DNA of 64,000 bases from a virus. The notes under the pieces are model-generated. The model was given only the letters and a program-made list of their open reading frames with translations. It was not told the DNA's origin and did not search any database. Location: IMG/VR virus record IMGVR_UViG_3300030514_000035, positions 51,027-115,026 of that record, one strand, 5' to 3'. This document shows, piece by piece, positions 35,303 to 45,400 of this stretch; position 1 is the first letter of the stretch; the number at the start of each line of letters is the position of its first letter. Made by a program: the position numbers and the translations under genes.

Positions 35303-37378
35303 TTATGGTCTTACAAATCCGACTTTGAATCCTATAGCAGATACACCTTGAGTTGCTTTGCTGTTGTCAAAGATGTCTTCGGCATTTAAAGGAACTGATC
35401 CTCTATGGTCTGTACCAGCAATAGAACCTGTATCTACTTCATCGCCTGTAGGGTTAAGCGTTAGGTTTATCTTTACATGGTTGAATCCATTCTGAGTAAA
35501 GTTGGCTACAAATTGCTCGTATGTTGTAAAAGGCATCGTATTAACAATTGCCTCTTTTACAGCCTCATCTCCACTCTTATTAGACATCTTGATAGAATAC
35601 ATGAAATCCTTCATAGTTTTACCTGAAGTTAAGTTCATATCAATGAATCCTGAGATTACATATCCTGCTCCATAATCCATGTTTTCAGACTTAAATGATG
35701 CGCCATTTAGGAGTTCTACACATCGATTAACCAGTGAAGTTACAAGCGTATTATCTACTTTACCATCTTTTACAATGATAGCTTTCAATCGCTCGTCAGC
35801 ACCATGGATAAGTTCAGCCATACCTTCTTTAAACCATTCAGGCATATCCTTTGTCTTGTCGATTGTGAGAGCATTGTTCATAATGGCATGAACCATTTCA
35901 TGACCTAGAATTCGATCGCTGTACTCTTCTTTACCATTTCCAGTGTCTCCATTTTCACCTGTGCTTTCAAAGTCAGCCAAGTCAACTGTAAGAGTCTGTC
36001 TAGATTCATCAAGGAATGCAGTAACATAAGCTGTAACACCATGTAAACCTTCGTATTCGAATCTAACAATCAAGTCTGACCCATCGCCTTCTAAACCGAA
36101 GTAATCCTTAACTCGCTTCTCAGAAAGAGATAGCCAGCCTAGATTTTGAATGCCATTGATTACTGTATCAGCAATAGCTTGGTAATCTCCTAGAGAGCCA
36201 CCGATAGTCTCAAATTGATTGTAGTAAACTTTGTGACAAGATAAGCCTATCTCATCCTCAATCCCTAAGCCAATGCTTATTGAGTCAATTACATACTTCT
36301 CCATCTCTTTTGTTGCTAGGTTTCTAACTTCAATTACATTCCCTGTATCTAAGTAATAAATTGGAAGTGTGTTGATTTCTAGTTTTTCTTGAAATGTACT
36401 AGCCTTATACAACTCATATCTTGCCCTTGCATCACATTGCAGTACATCTCCCAATGTGGTATCTACGACAACAATTGTTTTAGTTCCTAGTTCATTTCTA
36501 TGAAATTGTGAATTCTCGTCAATGATATTGGCTTCTGACCTTGGAGTAACACCCTTACTATCCATTTGACCAATTACTACGCATCTATTCTTTACACCTT
36601 TGTATGAGAATGATTCTTTGAACGTTGTGATTAGGTCTGTCTCTTTGTCGAAAGTCCACGCTACAGGCTCTCCACCTTCTAGTTGAATATCAACATGTTT
36701 AAAGACAAATGTACCATCAATATCATAGTAGCATTCCCAATCCATATACAAGTCTCTAAGCTTAGTAATGATGTCTAGAACTGACTCTCCTTCATTAAAC
36801 TCTAATGTATATGGAATCTTCAAGTCAGTAAACTCAATGTCAATATTCCATTCTCCATACAGATTCATCAGTGAAGTTACAGCAGTATATAGTGGCGTTC
36901 CTGCATCAAACACCAACTTATTCTCTAAGTACTCTTCTTCCCATCGCATCATATTATCTTGCAGTGAGATACTGATAGAACGAGAATCCCTAGAGATATC
37001 AATGCTCGGCTCAGTAATGAAGAATGTTCCTAGACAGAAGTTTGTAAGGTCTCCATCTGCTGACATGTTGTTTTCAATTCCTGCATAAACTCTAATCTTA
37101 TTAGTCATCCATAACAAACTACCTCTTTTTGGTAGTAAGCTATCAAAGAGGACAAAGCTTAAACTACCTGTCCTCTTTATCAAACTGTCTCCTGAAACAC
37201 TTAAGCTTCCACCCGTAGATAAGCCCTGAACTGTCTCGATGGTATCATTGTTCTTATCTAATACTTCGATTGTTATATAAAGCTTTCTTACAGGTTGAAG
37301 ATGAAGGTCAGCGTAATTAGCTATGTTAGGGAGATATTTCGCTCCCATAACCACGTTACCTTGAACATATTTAGCCAC
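35303..37378 (-). CDS. tail hub-like protein with a C-terminal HExxH metallopeptidase (flagellinolysin-like)
   Basis: N-terminal ~390 aa hub-like; DRILGHEMVHA...MPEWFKEGMAELIHGADERL gluzincin pattern. Confidence 0.75.
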   Translation of the reverse strand: MAKYVQGNVVMGAKYLPNIANYADLHLQPVRKLYITIEVLDKNNDTIETVQGLSTGGSLSVSGDSLIKRTGSLSFVLFDSLLPKRGSLLWMTNKIRVYAGIENNMSADGDLTNFCLGTFFITEPSIDISRDSRSISISLQDNMMRWEEEYLENKLVFDAGTPLYTAVTSLMNLYGEWNIDIEFTDLKIPYTLEFNEGESVLDIITKLRDLYMDWECYYDIDGTFVFKHVDIQLEGGEPVAWTFDKETDLITTFKESFSYKGVKNRCVVIGQMDSKGVTPRSEANIIDENSQFHRNELGTKTIVVVDTTLGDVLQCDARARYELYKASTFQEKLEINTLPIYYLDTGNVIEVRNLATKEMEKYVIDSISIGLGIEDEIGLSCHKVYYNQFETIGGSLGDYQAIADTVINGIQNLGWLSLSEKRVKDYFGLEGDGSDLIVRFEYEGLHGVTAYVTAFLDESRQTLTVDLADFESTGENGDTGNGKEEYSDRILGHEMVHAIMNNALTIDKTKDMPEWFKEGMAELIHGADERLKAIIVKDGKVDNTLVTSLVNRCVELLNGASFKSENMDYGAGYVISGFIDMNLTSGKTMKDFMYSIKMSNKSGDEAVKEAIVNTMPFTTYEQFVANFTQNGFNHVKINLTLNPTGDEVDTGSIAGTDHRGSVPLNAEDIFDNSKATQGVSAIGFKVGFVRP

Positions 37379-38324
37379 TTACAACAGCCCCATTCTCGTT
37401 AAACGTTGTTTTTCTTTCAAATGCAGTAGTTGAAAGCAAGTCAGTCTTTGTCATAGCATCGAAGGTGATTTCACCAATCTCTGTGTAGTCAAATTGCAGA
37501 CTAGCCAATGGGCGAAGTAAATCCCCTTCTTTATGAGTTTGCGTAACATTATGTGTTACAATTAACATCAGGACACCATTGTCCATTCTTAATACTTTTG
37601 CTTTACCATTGTTTAAGAAGTCAACCCATTCCTGTCTGTTAACCTGTTCTGCAAACTTGTCAATCCCACCGCCAGCAAGAGCAATGGTCTCTCTAGATAA
37701 TGGTAGAACACTTAAGCTACCACTTCTATACTTACTCTGACCGAATGTTACGATTGGATATCCACTATTGATTGGCTGATTCAATGCTGAGTTTGTATTA
37801 TAAACAACTTCACCCATAGTGATATCAAACTCTAGTCTTCTATTTTCTTTTCTGTCAGTTATGAAGATACCTTCATATGAAGATTCAATTGGTTGAGAAA
37901 CTGTCTTTTCACCAAGTACTTCATTAGCAACAGGGACGATCGCATATTGATACATGATTCCATTTTGAGTATATCTATCAACATAATCATAAACATTGTA
38001 ATCTTCATCGTATTCAAAGATACCAATTGCATCCCATTTACTTGTGCCATAAACTGAACGATAGAGCATGATATGCGTAACCTTAAAGCCATCCATACCT
38101 ATAGAACCAGCATCTAAGTCACTTGTAAACTTAGCATCCATAATCGTAGTGAATCCCCATGATGTAGGTTTAACGTTGTCATCTACGATATTTTTACTTA
38201 AGTCGATATAAGCTTCATCATATGTCCCTTCATTTAACTGAAGTTCATCCAGCATATCTGTACATATTGGCGTGTCAAAGACTGCGCCTTCTTCTAAACC
38301 AAAGAAATTGTAATCAATTATCAC
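37371..38324 (-). CDS. baseplate / distal tail protein
   Basis: Position after the tape measure; FN3-like YDYVDRY...YQYAIVPV. Confidence 0.65.
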   Translation of the reverse strand: MIIDYNFFGLEEGAVFDTPICTDMLDELQLNEGTYDEAYIDLSKNIVDDNVKPTSWGFTTIMDAKFTSDLDAGSIGMDGFKVTHIMLYRSVYGTSKWDAIGIFEYDEDYNVYDYVDRYTQNGIMYQYAIVPVANEVLGEKTVSQPIESSYEGIFITDRKENRRLEFDITMGEVVYNTNSALNQPINSGYPIVTFGQSKYRSGSLSVLPLSRETIALAGGGIDKFAEQVNRQEWVDFLNNGKAKVLRMDNGVLMLIVTHNVTQTHKEGDLLRPLASLQFDYTEIGEITFDAMTKTDLLSTTAFERKTTFNENGAVVSG

Positions 38325-38337
38325 TTTATCACCTCTC

Positions 38338-39426
38338 TTACAGTATTTTTAGAGATAGGTCAATTCTATGCTCAACTACCTTTGCGTACACCATAAACTC
38401 TGCGCCACTTGGTATCGTTACAATGTTTGAGCGATATCTTGATGTAACTCCACTATACTCTTTTACTGCGACAATCTTGTTATCATATTTCCAAAATTGA
38501 ATTGCGATCCCTGTATCTTCAGGAGGACTAACTTCTGCGAATTTAGTTCCATTAGGGATATTCTTGCACCACAGCTTCATTACAAAGTCAGATGCCTTGC
38601 TCATTCCTAATCCCTGAAAGATAACAGGTCTCTCTTTAGGAATTACAATCCACTCATCATTAATGTAACTATAGTTGTTAGAATCATTTCCATCGTTATC
38701 TACTTGAGGAGTTCCCTTTACCTGAGTACCAGTGATTTGTTTTAGGTTTGTGGTAATCCTGATAACACCTTCGTCATAGTCGTTTACTGTCTGTATCAGA
38801 CCATTTGCAGAAGGAACGATGTACATAGGAATGAACTTTTCACGATGCGTCCATACAACACCATTTACAGTTTCAATTAAACACTCAATGAAGTAACCCT
38901 TGCCTCTTTCAAGACCTGTGATAGTTTCACTCAATACACTTGCTACTGATGGAGTTCTAATTGGATAGTTTAGTATAAGGTCTTCATTTTCATCGTATAA
39001 ACTGAATCTGTATGTCTTAACTAATTCACCATTTGCTTGTGTGTAATTGGCTTGAAATGTAACATCTTGGTTATAAACAAACCCTTCTCCATCAATACTT
39101 ATGATATCAAGAACAGGAGTTTTAAATGTTCTAAATTCTACTTCATTTGAATATGGCGAGTATGTCCCATCAGAAAGCTTTACTCTTATTTTTGCTTTGT
39201 ATATCTTGCCATTAATAAACTCTCTTGGTGGAAGATGATGAACTCTCTCAAAAGAACTGTATGAGAATGTATATACAATCTCTCCATTAGCAGTATCTGT
39301 TACTACTAGTTCATTATCCATTGCTTGTTTACTACCTGTATAAGTATAGTAAACGGAAGTCCCCTTCTCAGCATCCCAAGGTTGTATACTCAGCAATATT
39401 GGTTGAATTTCTGACACCAAATACAC
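38338..39426 (-). CDS. baseplate / tail protein with FN3/Ig-like domains
   Basis: Directly downstream of the tape measure; beta-rich. Confidence 0.65.
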   Translation of the reverse strand: MYLVSEIQPILLSIQPWDAEKGTSVYYTYTGSKQAMDNELVVTDTANGEIVYTFSYSSFERVHHLPPREFINGKIYKAKIRVKLSDGTYSPYSNEVEFRTFKTPVLDIISIDGEGFVYNQDVTFQANYTQANGELVKTYRFSLYDENEDLILNYPIRTPSVASVLSETITGLERGKGYFIECLIETVNGVVWTHREKFIPMYIVPSANGLIQTVNDYDEGVIRITTNLKQITGTQVKGTPQVDNDGNDSNNYSYINDEWIVIPKERPVIFQGLGMSKASDFVMKLWCKNIPNGTKFAEVSPPEDTGIAIQFWKYDNKIVAVKEYSGVTSRYRSNIVTIPSGAEFMVYAKVVEHRIDLSLKIL

Positions 39427-39484
39427 CTCGTTTTATATCAATAATTTTGCTTAAGGAGATTCATAAGAATCCCCTTAAGACTTA

Positions 39485-42400
39485 TTATAGCTTCTCTTTA
39501 GACTTTTGTAAAGCGATTTGTGGCAAGCTTAGGATCGCCTCTTGGATACTATCTTTGTCTGTAGCATTAGGGAATTCTACCTTATCCAAGTTGATACTTA
39601 CGGATTTGCTAGAAGTCGAAGACTCAGTAGCTTTACCAAAGTTAGGAAGTTTAGAAATTAATGCGTTAGCAAATGTTTCTCCAATATCTTTACTAATGTC
39701 ATTGAAAGCTTTGACCAGTTCAGTACTAAATCCTTCATAGATAGGAGTAGCTGTGCTAGGGATATTACCGTTGATAACATCTCCATTTTCCTTAATATAT
39801 TCAGAGTATGAATCAATCAATGACTTGATGTATTCATCCTTGATTTTAGGGAAGTCTCCTACAATAGAATCATAAGCTTCTGTTAGGTCATTAATAGCAC
39901 TTTGGAAGTCTTCTGCGCTGTCATACTGACCATTTTCAGCCTTAGTAAGAATAGCCTCTAGTTTAGTAGAGTAATCCTCACGAGCCTGTTGCTGTGCAGT
40001 CTCCATTTCCAATTGCTTATTATCAAGTTCCTCTTGAGCCTTGTCGATTTCTCCTTGGTTAGCTGTGTATTGCCAATCCCAAGTTCCATCAGCATTTTGC
40101 TTCAACGTTTGAACTGTTCTCTCATTGCTGAGGTTTTCAAGCTTCTGTTGAAGTTCAATTAGGTCAAGTTGTTTATTCATGTAGTCCATTTCATAGCGAC
40201 TCATTTTTTCTTGCTTATCTAGAAGAGCCATTTTCTCATCGAAGTTTTTTGTACCTAAGTCAGCAATTCTACCATACATCTTCTCTAGAGCCAGTTCTCT
40301 TTCTAAGCCTGTTACCCATAAATCATGATATGCTTTGAAGTCTTCAATAGTTTTACCATCGAACATTTCCTTTTGTACTTTGTTCATAGTATTATCGAAA
40401 GAGTTTTTCAAGATATTCTTGTTCATTTCGATAAGCTGTAGGTTACTAGCTTGTAGAAGTTTGTTATACTCAGTGACCTGAGCATTAATCATATTCCACT
40501 CATAGCTACCTTCTTCATAAGAGGATAACTGTTTGTTCAATGAATCCAATGTGGTATCGAGTTGCTTATTTCTAGCCTTCTCAACATCAAGCATCTGATC
40601 CATTACAAGACCTTTAGCTTTGAAGTTGTCTCCTCCAAGAGCGCTGATAAGGTTTTGTGCGTAAGTTAAATCTGTAGCGTACTGGTCATACTTAGACATC
40701 GCTTCACTTAGTAAGCTAAACTCAAAGTCAAAGCGCTCTTTAACACTTGCTTTAATTGCGTTTTGAGAATCCAAGTTCTCTTTTTCCAACGTATCAATTT
40801 GAGTGTTAATCTTATTGAATTGGTCATCGGTTAAAGTAGAATCTTTAAGCTGATTCTTGTACTCTGCAATAGCATCGTTATTAGCTTGAATTGACTTTTG
40901 AAGATACTCTTCTTGAAGCTTCATATTATTGATGATGAACTTGTTAGTTACAGCATCTTTAGCTTCTTGAGACTTAGCAGATGCTAAATCCTTTTCATAT
41001 TGAGTCTTCATCTTGTCTTGCTTAGCTTGTAAAGCATCGAAAGCATTGTCTAGCTTAGTGATGAATGTATAGCTATTGTCAAGCTTTCCTACGCCAGCCA
41101 GTTCATCGAATGTCTTAACGATTTGAGAATAAGAAGCTGTTTGTCCTGCAGTATAATCCTTCTGCATTTTCAACATTGAATTATACTTAGTAGCAGTAAT
41201 ATCAAGTTCAGCATTAGAAACGCCTTTTACTCTATCGATGTTCTTCTTAGCGAAGGCATCTAAAGCTTGTTGCATCTCTACTTCAAGATTGATTCTCTCT
41301 TTCTGAACTGCTTCATAGATATTGTTTCTTCCTAATTCTAATCCAGTAGACTTAGATGAAGCAAGGTCTCCAAAGTCAGTGCCACTCAGTAGCCCATCCT
41401 TAAGATTAGTGACGTTATTCTTAAGCTTGTTAACGTTTGAGTCAACAGCAGTTCCAAACTCATTCAAGTCATTAGTAACCCTTGAGATTTCTAATTCGTT
41501 GATAGCCTGTTCATACTTAACAATAGCATCAGCCTGTGCAAGTATTTCAGTGCTTAACTTATCTAGGCTTGCTTTTAACGCTGTGCCATTTTCTTCATAA
41601 CCAATTGTAGCTTTAGACAAGCTGTTAAACTGGCTAATTAATGAAGACATGTTGCCCTTAGCTTGTGCCATAGCTTGCTCATTAGTGATAAGAGCAAGTT
41701 CAGAATCGTTAGAGCCAATGAATTCTAGTCTCTTAGCAAAGATTGAGTCAGAGTTATTAACCTTTGTTAACAATGCGTCAATGCGCTTGATAACAGCATC
41801 ATATTTCTCTAATTCAATAGCGATATTGTTCTTCTTAATCTTCTCTTGAGTATCAAAGATTTGAGTCGTAATATCAGACATATTGTTTCCAATAGTGATT
41901 AACTCAGAACTTAGAGAGTGATAAGTGTTTAATAGCTTCTCAGCCTCTTCTGCTTTTGTTCCTGAAAGACTCTTAGCGTGGTCTAGGTTAGAGATAGTGT
42001 TTGTAGATGTGTTAACGTTGAATCCATATTTTTTCAATGAGTTTAATGTTGAATTCATCTCACTATCTTTTGCGCCTTGAAGACTACGATAGGCAGTCAT
42101 TTGCTGTCTTAACAGAGGGATCATTTGCTCATATAATTTCTTTTGGGCAGATTGGTCATCCCCAACCCATTGAAGAGTTCTAGTCAAATCCTTGATAGCA
42201 TCGTCAAGTTTGCTTACTGCGTCTTCTTTATTCCAGTATCTCCATACATCCTCAGATACCTTAGCAGGAGGCGTAGTAGAAGTTGTAGATGTCGCATTGT
42301 CCTTAACAGTTCCATTAGCGCTTGTTGCAAGACTAGAAATACCACGTACAGGGATTCCATTAGCAGATGATATAGAGTTGGATGAAATACCTTTAGCAGA

Positions 42401-45400
42401 AACAGACTTATCTTTCTTAACTGTCTTCTCTGTTTTGGTAATGCTAATTGAACCACTCTTAGAATAACTACCACTAAAGAAGCTTTTAACCTTATCCATA
42501 AGGTCGATACCAAATACCTTGAATGTAAACTTAGACTCCTTATGACTAGGAATGTCCTTAACCTTATTACCAGCATCTTTGGCATCTTTACTTAATGTTC
42601 TAGCAGAACTACTAGCGCCATCTAAACCTTTCTTAGCGTTATCTGCTCCTCGCTTACCGTTGTTCATTCCAGTTGCAGTGTCGTTACCAGCTTGTTTACC
42701 TTTCTTACCCATTTCTGAGGCGGCTTTTCCAGTTTTTTCATGTGCCGACTTTGCCTGTCCACTAGCTTGAGCAGAAGTCTTACTACCACTCGCTGAGTCA
42801 TTACCAGCCTGTTTACCCTTCTTACCCGATTCTTGAGCCTTTTTACCAGCCTGTTCATGAGCCTTTGCTTCAGCATCTGCACCTCTCTTAGCATTGTCAG
42901 AACCAGCCTTGGAATCGTTACCAGCCTGTTTACCTTTCTTGCCTTTGTCTTGAGCCTTCTTACCAGCTTTATCATGTGCAGAAGCTTCTTGGTCAGCACC
43001 TTGCTTAGCTTTGTCAGAGCCAGCTTTGGAGTCGTTACCTGACTTTTTACCAGCTTTCCCCTTCTCGTCCTTCTTCTTCTTGGCTTTTTCGTCAGCCTGA
43101 GCCTCAGCGTCAGAACCTTGTTTAGCTTTGTCTGAACCAGCTTTAGAGTCATTTCCAGCCTTCTTGCCAGCATCGCCTTTTTCTTTCTTCTTCTTCTTAG
43201 CTTCTTCGTCCTTGCTGATTTCTTTACTAAGAGCATCAATAGCTTTTTGCCCAGCTTCTGCAGACATCTGACCCTTTTCAACATACGCTTGAATAATCTC
43301 TTTACAAGCGTTTTGAGCCTCTTTGCTATGATTTATCTCATTAGCACTCCAAGTTCCAAAAGCACTGTCGATTTCAGGTATTAAATCTTTAACCATTCCC
43401 CAGTTTGTCTTAGTCAAAGTTCCTGATTCGGCAAACTGTTTGGATGCTAGATTACCATTAGCAACAGCATCGTTTAGTGTCTCCTGACCCTGTCTCATTT
43501 GGTCTAGTAGAGTTTTTCTTTCTGAAAGCTTTAAGTTACCTGAGTCAAATGAAGCGCCTTGCGCCAATGCAGATTGAACATATCCATCCATTGCAGATTT
43601 AGTTTCATTTAAGTTACTTGTTTGTTCCTTAATGTCACTATTAACGCCTTTAAGTTTAGACTGTGTGCTTTCTAATTGACCCTGAAGGTCTCTATAGTCT
43701 TGACTCATCTTCATAGCAGGATTTTTATCCATCTCTCCGAGCAAGTCTTTAAGCAGAGATTCTTTGTTTTTTAACTTATCTCGCTGATCCTTTAGCTGTT
43801 GGAGGCTATTCTTAAGACTTTCGATTTGAGAGAGACTATCTCCTACTTGGATAGCAATCTTTTGAGTACTTACTTCCTTGACCCCATTAAGCTTGTTTTT
43901 AATGGCATCTAATACTTTTTGAATTTCACCTGTGTCATTGATATCGAGTCTAATCTTCAATCCTAAATCTTTTGCAGTGTTATTGACATCTGATTGGAAT
44001 TTCGCAAACTCCTCGTGACCCATTTGACCTAAGTCAGAGCCTTTAGCGTTTGCCAGTTGCTTTTGCCAACCATCCAGCTTAGCTTTATTCTTATCTAATG
44101 AACCATTGATAATAGCGTTGCTTTTCTCAAACTCACTAGCAGTCTTTTCAAAAGCCTTTCTAGCTTCATCTGCACTATTAACAAGACCTTTAAAGCCTTT
44201 ACCGATAGTCTCAAATACTGGAATACCCATCATTTCCATCATGATTAGAGCGTCACCAACAATTGGTATCATCCCTGCCAAACCTTTGATAGCGCCTTTT
44301 ACTAAGCCAGTTTTAGTTACTGTAGCAGAAGCAGATTGAGCAACAGCTTGGTTAGTTCTAACAACTTCTCCCTGCGCCTTTCTAACAGCACTAGCATCAG
44401 CTTTGTACACAAGTGTTCTTACTACTGGCTTGTTACCAGCAGTTACTTCTGCCTGTGCTTTCTTAACCATTCTAGTATCGGCTTTCCATGTGACACTTCT
44501 AATTACAGGCTTGTTTCCTGCTGTAACTTCTGCTTGTGCCTTTTTAACAGCCTCAGTATTCGCCTTGTACACAACAGTTCTTACTTCAGGAGTAGAAGGT
44601 GCTTTTAATACTGCTGGTGCTTTTGCTTGCGATCCAGCTTGGATTTTACCAGCCTTAATCATAGCACTTGCTCCACTTTGCTGTACTCTAGCTGTTTCCC
44701 TTGCACTAGCTTGTTGTATTCTAGCAGATTCTTGAGATGCTCTAGCGATATCTCTGTTAGTATCTATAAGTCTTCTAGAAGAAGTATTTACATCATCTGT
44801 ACCTTTTTTCAGGTTTTTCAGAGCATTTACTGCGCCTGTAACTCTAGCAACATAATCTCTGAATCCACTAGTGAGCACATCTGTCATTCTCTTACCAGCG
44901 TTTGTAATTGCTTTAATAGCAACTGCAATTGCAAGCCATTTAGCTACATTCATAAATGCTGGATTGTTCATTAGGTCTGTAGCAACTTGTAAGCCATCAG
45001 TTAATGCGCCCATTACTTTTGATAGTATTCCACCATTTTCACCAATCTTGTTAGTGAATTCTAGCCAAGCATTTTGAAGTTTAGCAAGTTTAAATCTAAC
45101 AGAGTCCTGTTGTACTTCAAACTCTTTATACGCTGAACCTTTTATGCCTTGACCCATTTGGTTTTGAGCAGTTTTACTCGCCTGTTCAACTTTGTCCCAC
45201 TGGTCAATAATACCTTGTAGTACGTTGGAATGCTCTTTTCCTGCTAGATAGAACTTGGCAGTAGACCTTTCTTCAACAGACATGTCATCCCACTTCTCAG
45301 CAAGTTGACCGACAACATCAGTCATACTCTTTGCTTCTGATAAGTCAATCCCCAATGTATCTTTAAAGAAGTTGAACTTTCTTTTTTCACCAGCAGTCAT

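Noticed and set aside
43905-43922. Additional motif-like string (tcaaaaagtattag on -) in the tape measure
   Set aside because: The core has an extra A and the flanks do not match; not counted.
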